Assembly: GCA_018304285.1 (NCBI GenBank)
Contig: JAGVWL010000002.1
Location: forward strand, 1 to 37,316
Length of the DNA stretch: 37,316 bases
Source: Candidatus Micrarchaeota archaeon
GTDB lineage: Archaea > Micrarchaeota > Micrarchaeia > Norongarragalinales > Norongarragalinaceae
Direction: 5' to 3'
Shown here: positions 8,524-15,942 of the stretch, in pieces
Layout of the letters: each line of letters begins with the position of its first letter
Numbering within the stretch: position 1 is the stretch's first letter
Position numbers and translations under genes: made by a program
Notes under the pieces: generated by a model
Databases searched by the model: none
Seen by the model: only the letters and a program-made list of their open reading frames with translations
What the model was told of the DNA's origin: nothing

Positions 8524-9477
8524 TCAAGAGCCGCGCTGTTTTTTTGCTATGCCCGCGATTTCTTCCAGGACTGCCGTCGGAATATTGTGGCTCAGGCTGT
8601 AAATGACGTTTCCGTGCTCGTCGGTCTTGCTGTAATTCAAAATTATTTTCGGCTCGCCGCCTTCCGCGTGCGGGTGAATTGCAACAGTATAACCTTCCAG
8701 CGGGGAAAAGCCCTTAGCGCCGATTTGGGCCATTAGCTCGTTTCTCGCAGCAACGCCTTCGAGTTTTTCCGTGAGCTTGAGTAGAAAGCTTTCCATGACC
8801 GGCTGGTGCGAGCCGAGGGTTCTCGGGATGAACGGCGGCGCTTTCGCCTTTACTTCATCCGGCTTTCCGCTGTAGATTCTCTGGAGGTTTTTGGCAGCTT
8901 GAACATAATCCAGTATTTCCCTGGCTATCCCGCCAGCTCCGCGCGTGTATGTTGAAGATTTCGTGTCCCCCAGTTCTGCCGCCAGGCGGTCGCTTTCCCC
9001 AACAATGAATGGAACCAGCCTCTTCTCTTTAATAGCTGCTCTGACCGCTTGCTTGTATGGGTCGCTTCCGTAACTGAAATTCAGGTTTTGCGAAATCCTG
9101 ACTTTCCCGCCGTACTTGTTTCCGAACATTCGCCTGGTTACGCTTTTGATTCTCTCTTCGATTTCCGGCCACGTTTCCCTGCCTGTCAACCCCAATTCCG
9201 GCGTTCTGAATGCAACGCTCTGCAGCGTTCTTACCTTTTCAGTGCCTACCAGGAGGCCATAACGGAAGGAAACGCCTTTGAACGGCGGCCCGCTCCTTAC
9301 TGCTTTGATTCCGCCGCGGTTTGTAAGCTCGGCGTCCTTGTCCGCCTGGCGGCCTTTGAGCCTAGGCAGTTTTTGCCCTGCCGCCGCAGTCCTTCTCCTG
9401 CGAATAGCCCTCTTGTCGCCGTGCCTCCCGAATGCGAGGTAGTAGGGTGGTGCGGTCGGTTTGATTGCCATGGCCAT
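8524..9477 (-). CDS. hypothetical protein, possibly a very divergent histidine-phosphatase-superfamily member
   Basis: 317 aa. LAFGRHGDK (an RHG motif near the N-terminus), ELTNRGGIKA (LTxxGxxxA) and LGSHQPVMES (a late SH motif) occur in the order seen in phosphoglycerate-mutase-like phosphatases. Spacing is atypical and the call is weak. Confidence 0.3.
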   Translation of the reverse strand: MAMAIKPTAPPYYLAFGRHGDKRAIRRRRTAAAGQKLPRLKGRQADKDAELTNRGGIKAVRSGPPFKGVSFRYGLLVGTEKVRTLQSVAFRTPELGLTGRETWPEIEERIKSVTRRMFGNKYGGKVRISQNLNFSYGSDPYKQAVRAAIKEKRLVPFIVGESDRLAAELGDTKSSTYTRGAGGIAREILDYVQAAKNLQRIYSGKPDEVKAKAPPFIPRTLGSHQPVMESFLLKLTEKLEGVAARNELMAQIGAKGFSPLEGYTVAIHPHAEGGEPKIILNYSKTDEHGNVIYSLSHNIPTAVLEEIAGIAKKQRGS

Positions 9478-9538
9478 TTTTAGATTACCGAATAAATGCG
9501 GCTACGCGCGTTAAAAAAGCTTGTGCGGCGTTTTGCCG

Positions 9539-9793
9539 TTAGATTTTGTAAACAGTGTTTCCGTTGTGGACTTTCTGCAGGACTTTCAGCCCCACCGACA
9601 CGCCCGCCTTTGCTTCCGCGATCTTGTCGTGCCCGATTTGCAGCGAGTCCGCAATTTGCTCCAAAATCCTTTGCCCGACCGAGTTTTCCACCGCAATCTT
9701 GTCTCCCTCGGTCAAGGGTGCGGTCAGCTTCACTACAGCCACTCCCAAGCGGTTGTAGTAATGCTCGACGCTGCCTATTTTCTTTTTCTCCAT
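9539..9793 (-). CDS. small beta-barrel protein resembling translation-factor domain 2 (EF-Tu D2-like)
   Basis: I chose the start at MEKKKIG (9793) because GAGGTG lies about 10 nt upstream; the ORF-track start is 9817. The sequence IGSVEHYYNRLGVAVVKLTAPLTEGDKI...AKAGVSVGLKV...GNTVYKI resembles stand-alone EF-Tu domain-2-like proteins. Confidence 0.5.
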   Translation of the reverse strand: MEKKKIGSVEHYYNRLGVAVVKLTAPLTEGDKIAVENSVGQRILEQIADSLQIGHDKIAEAKAGVSVGLKVLQKVHNGNTVYKI

Positions 9794-9880
9794 TTTGCCC
9801 CCACCTCTGAAAAGCATCTATGCATTGGGGCGTTTAAACCCGCCGGGCGGTTTAAAAGATTTAAAAATGCCCACGGGAAT

Positions 9881-10705
9881 TCAGAGGATTCCGCTTTGCT
9901 GGAGGACCATCATTTCCTCGCGCGAGATTTTCTCCCCCGCCTTCAGCCTGCCGTAAATCGCGCGCGCCTTGTCCTCGATTTTCCTTTGCTGCGCCTGCAT
10001 CCTTCGCGCTTCGTCACGCATTTCCCTCTGCCTTTCTTCCATTTCGTGAAGCTTGCGTTCTCCCACCACTTTCACGAGCTCTCCGTGCTTTTCCACTGCC
10101 GCGCCTTCCTTCGCCTTCAAGAGTTCCATGGTCTGGGAAAGGCTTTGCTGCAGCGCGCTGATTTTCTTGCTTTCCGCAATGAGGGCGTCATGCGAAGCCT
10201 GCGCTTTCTTCGAATGCTCGAACGTTTTCTCGTGAAACCCCTTTTCCTGCTCTATGAGCTTTTTGAGCTTGTCGCGCTCGGCGGAGTATTCCTTCAGAAG
10301 CTGTTGGAAGCCTTGCGCCTGCGGCATTTGCTTGAGCAGTTCTTTTATTTTCTTGGACAATTCCTTTTCTTCCTTGGCGTTCAGGTCTTCGGTCTGCTGG
10401 AACCATTCCATGCGCTCGATTTCCTCTTGAATGGCTGCGGGATTGCGCCCTGAACCTTCGGAGCGCATTTTACCGCGCATTTCGGATAGCTTCTGTTTTG
10501 AAGAAACGATCTGGTCTTTGAGCGAATCGCGTTTTTTGCGGAATTCGTTTGCAAGCGAGTTTTCCTTGTCGCGCAATGCTTTGAGTTCGCTCGCTTTGGC
10601 GAAGTGCGTGCGCAGCTGGCTTATTTTATCGCGGTTGTCCACGGAAATAGTCCGGACTTCCTTCCTTGCGGAATCGCGTTCTTGCTTGAGCTTGGAAACG
10701 TCCAT
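9881..10705 (-). CDS. archaeal coiled-coil protein (COG1340-like)
   Basis: 274 aa, almost entirely heptad-like K/E/L/R-rich helix. Size and composition match the uncharacterised archaeal coiled-coil family. Confidence 0.55.
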   Translation of the reverse strand: MDVSKLKQERDSARKEVRTISVDNRDKISQLRTHFAKASELKALRDKENSLANEFRKKRDSLKDQIVSSKQKLSEMRGKMRSEGSGRNPAAIQEEIERMEWFQQTEDLNAKEEKELSKKIKELLKQMPQAQGFQQLLKEYSAERDKLKKLIEQEKGFHEKTFEHSKKAQASHDALIAESKKISALQQSLSQTMELLKAKEGAAVEKHGELVKVVGERKLHEMEERQREMRDEARRMQAQQRKIEDKARAIYGRLKAGEKISREEMMVLQQSGIL

Positions 10706-10723
10706 TTTCTACCACGCCTTGCC

Positions 10724-10746
10724 CCTTTCTTTTGCGAAAAGAAAGG
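10724..10746 (-). promoter_or_regulatory. perfect 10-bp hairpin between the histone-fold gene and the coiled-coil gene
   Basis: CCTTTCTTTT-GCG-AAAAGAAAGG lies 41 nt after the stop at 10787 and 19 nt before the ATG at 10705. The stem contains a T4 run on either strand. It may act as a terminator or attenuator. Confidence 0.35.
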
Positions 10747-10786
10747 TGCGCTGGCACCGCGCCAAAGAAAACATGCTTTCAACTTT

Positions 10787-11209
10787 TCAATATGTCGAAT
10801 TGGGCTTTTCGTCCGGCGGGAGTTCGAGCTCTATCTCGGTGATTATCTCGTCCAGCTCCGCCCGTTGTTTTTCCAGCACTTTCTTTATCCTGCGGATGCG
10901 CTTTTCGTTCAGCGCGATCTCGCGGTATTTTCTCGCGGCTTTGTTGAAGTGTTCTATGCTCAGGGTGAAGTATTCCTCTTCGTTCATGGTTTGGGCTATG
11001 CCACCGAGTATGGTTCCGAGAAGCATGTTCGCCTGGACTTTCACGTCGCGCTTTATTTGGTGAGGATTTTTCATGTTTTGCTTTATGATTTTCACTACGC
11101 GCGCGTTGGGGAACGGGAGGTTTTCGCTTTCCGCCTCTTCATCGCTCAGCTCTTCGCCTTCGATTTCTTCCGCGGGAACTTCTTCTTGTTTCAACTCTTC
11201 TTCAGCCAT
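10787..11209 (-). CDS. histone-fold (archaeal histone / CBF-NF-Y family)-like protein with acidic N-tail and C-terminal coiled coil
   Basis: 140 aa. The core LPFPNARVVKIIKQNM...IKRDVKVQANMLLGTILGGIAQTMNEEEYFTLSIEHFNKAARK aligns by eye to the helix-loop-helix-loop-helix of HMf-type histones (LPIAPIGRIIK...; TIKAEDIELA). It is flanked by a ~30-aa Glu-rich tail and a ~45-aa charged helix. AAGGTGG lies 8 nt upstream of the ATG. Confidence 0.5.
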   Translation of the reverse strand: MAEEELKQEEVPAEEIEGEELSDEEAESENLPFPNARVVKIIKQNMKNPHQIKRDVKVQANMLLGTILGGIAQTMNEEEYFTLSIEHFNKAARKYREIALNEKRIRRIKKVLEKQRAELDEIITEIELELPPDEKPNSTY

Positions 11210-11314
11210 TTAAAACCACCTTGGAACATCGCTTTTGAGAATAGGATTGTACAGCAAAACTAGCGAAAGAATTAGGTCGAAAGCAGTTAAAAACCCTTTT
11301 TGCGCCCCCTGTTT

Positions 11315-12322
11315 TTAGGGGAAGACGACGTCTTCGAAGCGCACGCCGAAGCGCTTGGGGATGTATATTCCCGGCTCTATTGTGAACACCATTCCCTTGG
11401 CGAGCGTGACATCTTCGAGGCGGAAGCCGTCGTGCACTTTCAGCCCCAAACTATGGCCAAGCGCGAGGCCGGCTTTCCTGAATGAGTGCTTTTCGAATCC
11501 GTATTCATTGATGACTTTCTCTGCCGCGTGCGCTAGTTTCTTGCCGTGCACGCCCGGTTTTGCGATGCGTTCCGCCGCTTTCTTTGCCTCGCGCACCGCT
11601 TCCACTGCATCATTGATTTCCTTGCTCTTGCCTTCGTAATGCGTGGTCGTAAAATCGCCGTGGTACTGCCAGCACGTGGCGCCGCAGTCGATTAAAATCA
11701 TGTCCTTGCACTTGGCCTGTGAGGGAATGGCGTGCGGTACGGCGTTTTTGGGCGCCGTTGCGACAATCGGGGGGAACGAGTCGAGGGCGAATCCTTTTTT
11801 TCTGCAGGCGTATTCGAGAAATCCGGCGATTTCGTTTTCCGTCCTTCCCTTCACCCCGCGTTCTACGGCCTCCTGCACGCATTCTTTCGTGATTTCCTGC
11901 GCCTTGCGGATGAGTTTTTTTTCCTGTTCGTCCTTAATTGCCCTCAGGCCTTCGAGTTCCGTGGAGCAGTCGGTCACGCGCACGCGTGCCTTTTTCTTCA
12001 AGAGCCTGAAGCCCACCCTGTTTGCGTCGGTCGAAAAGTCGAGGCCGACGCTCTTGATCTTGTTTTTTGGGAAAAACTTTTTGTAAAAGCCTTTGGCTTC
12101 CTTCCAGGGGCAAACCTCGTCGAACTGGGGGAACGTTTTTTCCTTCAAGTCTTCGTCGGTGAAAGCGACGCTTTTTTCTTTCGTGACGTACGCGAGGAAC
12201 GGCTCTTCGGTTCCGGAGTAATAGTAGGCGTTGGCTTCGGGGTTGGCGACTTGCGCTATGACCACGCAGTCCACACGCATTTTTTGCCGGAGTTTTTCCA
12301 CTCTTGCTTTGAAGTCGAACAT
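11315..12322 (-). CDS. M24-family Xaa-Pro aminopeptidase/dipeptidase
   Basis: Metal-ligand blocks of the pita-bread fold are present: ILIDCGATCWQYHGDFTTT, GHSLGLKVHDG, FTIEPGIYIP and GVRFEDVV. The ORF track begins at a GTG (12331). The ATG at 12322 fits better with a TATA-like AATAAAATAC about 21 nt upstream. Confidence 0.8.
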   Translation of the reverse strand: MFDFKARVEKLRQKMRVDCVVIAQVANPEANAYYYSGTEEPFLAYVTKEKSVAFTDEDLKEKTFPQFDEVCPWKEAKGFYKKFFPKNKIKSVGLDFSTDANRVGFRLLKKKARVRVTDCSTELEGLRAIKDEQEKKLIRKAQEITKECVQEAVERGVKGRTENEIAGFLEYACRKKGFALDSFPPIVATAPKNAVPHAIPSQAKCKDMILIDCGATCWQYHGDFTTTHYEGKSKEINDAVEAVREAKKAAERIAKPGVHGKKLAHAAEKVINEYGFEKHSFRKAGLALGHSLGLKVHDGFRLEDVTLAKGMVFTIEPGIYIPKRFGVRFEDVVFP

Positions 12323-12391
12323 TTCGCGCACCCAAAAGTATTTTATTCGCTTACAACCAACTCAATTGACTTTCAGGTATTTTGTATTTTG

Positions 12392-12400
12392 CTATTTAAG
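12392..12400 (+). promoter_or_regulatory. TATA-like box for the OB-fold SSB gene (leaderless spacing)
   Basis: CTATTTAAG is centred about 24 nt upstream of the ATG at 12420. Confidence 0.45.
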
Positions 12401-12419
12401 ATGTGGATGGTGTTATAGC

Positions 12420-12704
12420 ATGAAGATTTCGGAATTGACTCCCGGAACGGGAAACGTAGAGCTTGAGGCCGAGGTTGTGGGAATGGAAAAGCCGCGGGAA
12501 ATCAACAAGAACGGGCGGCTGCTGCGCGTTGCAAGCGCCACTCTCAAGGACGACACCGGCACGATTTCGTTGGTGTTGTGGAACGAGGCTATAGACAAAG
12601 TCCAGGAGGGAAGCAAAGTCCGCATTACTAACGGCTATGTCAACACCTGGCAGGACAAGCTGCAGTTGACTCTCGGGAAATTCGGGAAGATGGACGTATT
12701 GTAG
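12420..12704 (+). CDS. single OB-fold ssDNA-binding protein (short RPA/SSB-like)
   Basis: 94 aa from the internal ATG of ORF 12231-12704; the upstream extension has no coding look and covers the promoter. MKISELTPGTGNVELEAEVVGMEKPREINKNGRLLRVASATLKDDTGTISLVLWNE...ITNGYVNTWQDKLQLTLGKFG is the classic pattern of archaeal single-OB proteins. Confidence 0.7.
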   Translation: MKISELTPGTGNVELEAEVVGMEKPREINKNGRLLRVASATLKDDTGTISLVLWNEAIDKVQEGSKVRITNGYVNTWQDKLQLTLGKFGKMDVL

Positions 12705-12728
12705 GCTTTCCGGTTTTTCCCGCTTTTT

Positions 12729-13427
12729 TTATGCTTGTGATGCGGTGAACGTTACCGTAGCCGTCTTGGAGCCGGCTGATTCTCCTGTTGGCACGGTGAC
12801 TTGAATGTCTATCCTGGCGTAGTCGTTGCCGTCGGAAAAATTGAGGTTGCAGACCGCTCCGCTTGGAAAAATTAGCGGTGAACATTCCAAATCGTCGGAA
12901 TTTGGGATGTTGTACCACGTGCTTTGGTTGTAGTTGTTGCAGTTGCTCGGGACTGAAGTATTGCCGCTTGCGTTCGTCACGTTGAACCTAAAATGGCTTG
13001 CAACGCACACGCTGGTCCAAAGCCATGTTGTGGTTATCGTCACGTTTACCTTGACGCTCCCGTCGTTGCGCAGGAGGAATTGGCTTGCGTTGCTGTAATT
13101 GACCGAAGTGTCGTAAGACGCTCCGACTTGAACGGCGCCGAAGTTCACCGTAGCATTTTTCAGGAAAATGTCGATGGTGGATTGTACGCTTGCGGAAACA
13201 GTTCCCGTGGGGTTGGAAACCAGGCCTATCGTTTCAAAGCCGGCTTTCGAGGATAATATCCAGGCGCCGAACAATGCTATGGCGAGGGATAATAGAAAAA
13301 GCGTTGTTGCAAGTTTGTTTGAGCTTTCCAACACTCGTATTACCTTCCTGGTCCCCCTTGTTTTATTGCAAGAGCAAATTGATGAGTTTTGGTTTTTGAG
13401 CCGTTCTCTTCTTTTTTGCGGTGTCAC
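12729..13427 (-). CDS. membrane-anchored, sequon-rich cell-surface protein, function unknown
   Basis: 232 aa. It has a GTG start in a GTGA overlap with the UbiA gene stop. One N-terminal TM or signal anchor (LATTLFLLSLAIALFGAWIL) is followed by a beta-rich ectodomain with many N-x-S/T sequons (NATV, NYSN, NVTI, NVTN, NASG, NTSV, NQST, NFSD). Confidence 0.5.
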   Translation of the reverse strand: MTPQKRRERLKNQNSSICSCNKTRGTRKVIRVLESSNKLATTLFLLSLAIALFGAWILSSKAGFETIGLVSNPTGTVSASVQSTIDIFLKNATVNFGAVQVGASYDTSVNYSNASQFLLRNDGSVKVNVTITTTWLWTSVCVASHFRFNVTNASGNTSVPSNCNNYNQSTWYNIPNSDDLECSPLIFPSGAVCNLNFSDGNDYARIDIQVTVPTGESAGSKTATVTFTASQA

Positions 13428-14311
13428 GCGCCCAAAGCTGCGAACGCGATTACGCCCGCAAGCAGGGCGTAGAGGGTGTAATTCCTTATTTTATTTAACG
13501 CTCGCGGGCGTTGGTCGAGCGCCAAGCGCCAGGCGGAAATTAAAATCAGAACATCCGTGATTCCGATTAGAACGGCATATGCAACGCTTTGCGTTTGAGC
13601 GAAAGGCATCAGGCTCATTACAACCGCGACGTGGAACAAAGCTATTGCAAGCACTACAGTCGCCCGCGTGCCGAACGCCATGGGAAACGTCCTGGCGCCT
13701 ATCTTCACGTCGCCCTTGACGTCCCTCAGCGTCAAAACCAGCTCGCGCGCCAACCCCGCGGTGAATGAAACGATTGCGAAGAGCAGGACGAAATAGTTGA
13801 GTCCGCTTGCGATGGCGTAGTTTCCATAGACGAATGAAATGCTCATGGAGCTTGCGATGAATGCGTTGCCCAGCAAAGGCAATTTTTTGAGTACGGGGTC
13901 GTAGAGCATTGCCAGCGCTGCAAAAAGGGCTGCGATAGCAAACGCAGCTTGGTTTACTGCAGCGCTTGCGGCCAAGCCGAGCACGAACAGCGCGAGCGAC
14001 GCGTAAAAAGCGCTTTTCTTTCCGATTTTCCCGCTTACCAGCGGCCTTTCGACCCGCTTCAGCGCCTTGTCGGTTTTTATGCCGAAATAGTCGTTCCACG
14101 CGAACGCGCCTAGCGCAATCAGGGCTGGGCCCAAAGCGGGGTAAAGCATTTCAAACGCAAAGCGCTTCGCCACCACGAATTCGCTGGCGCAAACGGCGAT
14201 TGCCACTATCGCGGCGTGTTCGGCGCGGGTGAGGGCGATCCAATCGTTGAATCCCCCGAGCTTCCAAGCTTGCCGGGATTGAAAAGGCGTCATGGTAGTA
14301 GTTTGCTTCAC
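13424..14311 (-). CDS. UbiA-family prenyltransferase (DGGGP-synthase-like)
   Basis: 295 aa and polytopic. The first Asp-rich motif region is WNDYFGIKTDKALKRVERPLVSGKI, and the second motif is LRDVKGDVKIGARTFP. The start is either the GTG at 14311 (GTGA overlap with the upstream gene) or the ATG at 14293. Confidence 0.75.
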   Translation of the reverse strand: MKQTTTMTPFQSRQAWKLGGFNDWIALTRAEHAAIVAIAVCASEFVVAKRFAFEMLYPALGPALIALGAFAWNDYFGIKTDKALKRVERPLVSGKIGKKSAFYASLALFVLGLAASAAVNQAAFAIAALFAALAMLYDPVLKKLPLLGNAFIASSMSISFVYGNYAIASGLNYFVLLFAIVSFTAGLARELVLTLRDVKGDVKIGARTFPMAFGTRATVVLAIALFHVAVVMSLMPFAQTQSVAYAVLIGITDVLILISAWRLALDQRPRALNKIRNYTLYALLAGVIAFAALGA

Positions 14312-14850
14312 GTGGTATTTAAAGTTCCGCCGTTTTTCTGCGTCTGTTCGGCCGCCTGGATGATGCGCAGAGCGGGCGAATCGAAGACGACCGCGTCGAC
14401 TTCGCTGGTGTAGGAATTGAAGACTATCGTGGTATTCACCGCGCCCGTCTCGAACTCCGCGAGGTAACTGTACGCCTCAAACCCGCCTTCGGAGCCGTAA
14501 AAAGACGCGGGTTGCTTGGAAACGTATTTCCCGCTCGTTTGCTGCACTATGCCTGCGAGACTGCTGAAAACGCCTTCGGTGAAGTTCACCTTAAACCGCA
14601 GGGAAAAGTTTGCCGTAAACTGCGTGTAATTCTTGGCTGAAAGCGCTTGAAGCAAATTTTCCGTTATCGCATCCTCCTCCGGTGTTGGAGGTTGTGATTC
14701 AACAGAGGGGACTGGCAATAAAAACGAAGGGAAGGCTGCGGGCGAAGGGGATGGTGAAGGCGCTGTGGCGGGCGTTTGCCCCAGGCATCCTGCAGTCAGG
14801 ATAGCCGCAAGCGCGATGAATGCGATTTGCCCCGCAGAAGCCGGTTTCAT
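14308..14850 (-). CDS. putative lipoprotein, function unknown
   Basis: 180 aa. It has a signal peptide with a lipobox (AAILTAGC), then a Pro/Ser linker (TAPSPSPSPAAFPS). Confidence 0.55.
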   Translation of the reverse strand: MKPASAGQIAFIALAAILTAGCLGQTPATAPSPSPSPAAFPSFLLPVPSVESQPPTPEEDAITENLLQALSAKNYTQFTANFSLRFKVNFTEGVFSSLAGIVQQTSGKYVSKQPASFYGSEGGFEAYSYLAEFETGAVNTTIVFNSYTSEVDAVVFDSPALRIIQAAEQTQKNGGTLNTT

Positions 14851-14890
14851 GGTTCAAAACCCCCCCGAAAACAGTCTTTTGTGAAAAACG

Positions 14891-14900
14891 GTTAATAATT
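14891..14900 (+). promoter_or_regulatory. TATA-like box for orc1/cdc6 (leaderless spacing)
   Basis: GTTAATAATT is centred about 24 nt upstream of the ATG at 14920. It is embedded in the small dyad CGGTT-N8-AACCG. Confidence 0.4.
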
Positions 14901-14919
14901 CAACCGCTTTTTTTGTAGT

Positions 14920-15942
14920 ATGGTTTTCAAGAACGAGCTTGCACTGAACGCGGGTTTCCTTCCCGACTCGCTGCCGGGAAGGGAGGGAGAGCTCAACGAG
15001 CTTGTTTTCTCGCTGAAGCCGGCTTTCGAAGGCCGGAAGGCGAAAAACCTGTTTTTATTCGGGCCTCCGGGCACGGGCAAAACTTCCTGCGTGAAAAAAG
15101 TTTTTTCCGGCTTCAACGAGGAATCGCAAACCGCGAAAGCGGTTTTCGTCAACTGCTGGCAAAACCCGACCCGCAATTCCGTGCTGGCGCGCATTGCAGA
15201 AGCGGTGGGAGAGCCTTTGCCGCGAAGGGGGCTGGGGACGGATGAGGTTGTTTTGCGCATTACGCAGGAGTTTCACTTGCAGAAGGCGTCGTGCGTTGTT
15301 GCTTTGGACGAGTGCGACAGGCTTTTGCACAACCGCGAGGATGCGGTGATTTACGATTTGCTGCGAGGCGACTTCGTTTCGGCGATAATATGCATTACGA
15401 ACGACCGGGATTTTCTGGGCAAGATGGACGAGCGCACGCGCAGTTCCTTCCAGCCTTCGGTGCTCGGGTTTTCCCGCTATTCGCCGGTCGCGTTGAAAAA
15501 AATCCTTTCGGAACGCGCTCGCGCCGCATTCCGGCCGGACGCGTGCTCCGATGAAACGATTGCGTTGGTCGCCGCATACGCTTCGAAGCTCGGCGGGGAC
15601 GCGCGCGTGGCAATAGAGGCATTATGGCAGTGCGGGAAAAACGCCGAGGCGCGCGGCTCGCAGAAGATAGAAAAGCGGGATTTCGAGATGCTGAAGGAAA
15701 ACCCTTCGGTGCAAAAGCGGCTGCAGGGGTTGAATGAAACGGAAGAGAAAATAATTTCCGCGCTGAAGCAAAGCGGGGGCGCGGCGACTTCGGGGGAAGT
15801 CTACCGGATCCTCGAGGGCGAAGGGATGACCGACCGGACGCTGCGCAACCACATGAAGCTTTTGGAGAGCAAGAAAATAATCTCGGTCGAGCGAGTGCAG
15901 CTGAAGGAAGGGTGGACTAGCCGGATAACGCTGTTGGTTTGA
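14920..15942 (+). CDS. cdc6: Orc1/Cdc6 replication initiator
   Basis: 340 aa. It has LPGREGELNEL, Walker [11 protein letters not shown], Walker B VVALDECD, and a C-terminal winged-helix-like region (ISALKQSGGAATSGEVYRIL...). Confidence 0.9.
   Translation: MVFKNELALNAGFLPDSLPGREGELNELVFSLKPAFEGRKAKNLFLFGPPGTGKTSCVKKVFSGFNEESQTAKAVFVNCWQNPTRNSVLARIAEAVGEPLPRRGLGTDEVVLRITQEFHLQKASCVVALDECDRLLHNREDAVIYDLLRGDFVSAIICITNDRDFLGKMDERTRSSFQPSVLGFSRYSPVALKKILSERARAAFRPDACSDETIALVAAYASKLGGDARVAIEALWQCGKNAEARGSQKIEKRDFEMLKENPSVQKRLQGLNETEEKIISALKQSGGAATSGEVYRILEGEGMTDRTLRNHMKLLESKKIISVERVQLKEGWTSRITLLV

Noticed and set aside
14851-14919. A C7 run and the CGGTT-N8-AACCG dyad upstream of cdc6, considered as a possible ORB/origin.
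   Set aside because: There is a single copy in a 69-nt spacer with no repeated ORB-like boxes and no AT-rich unwinding region. This is insufficient to call an origin.
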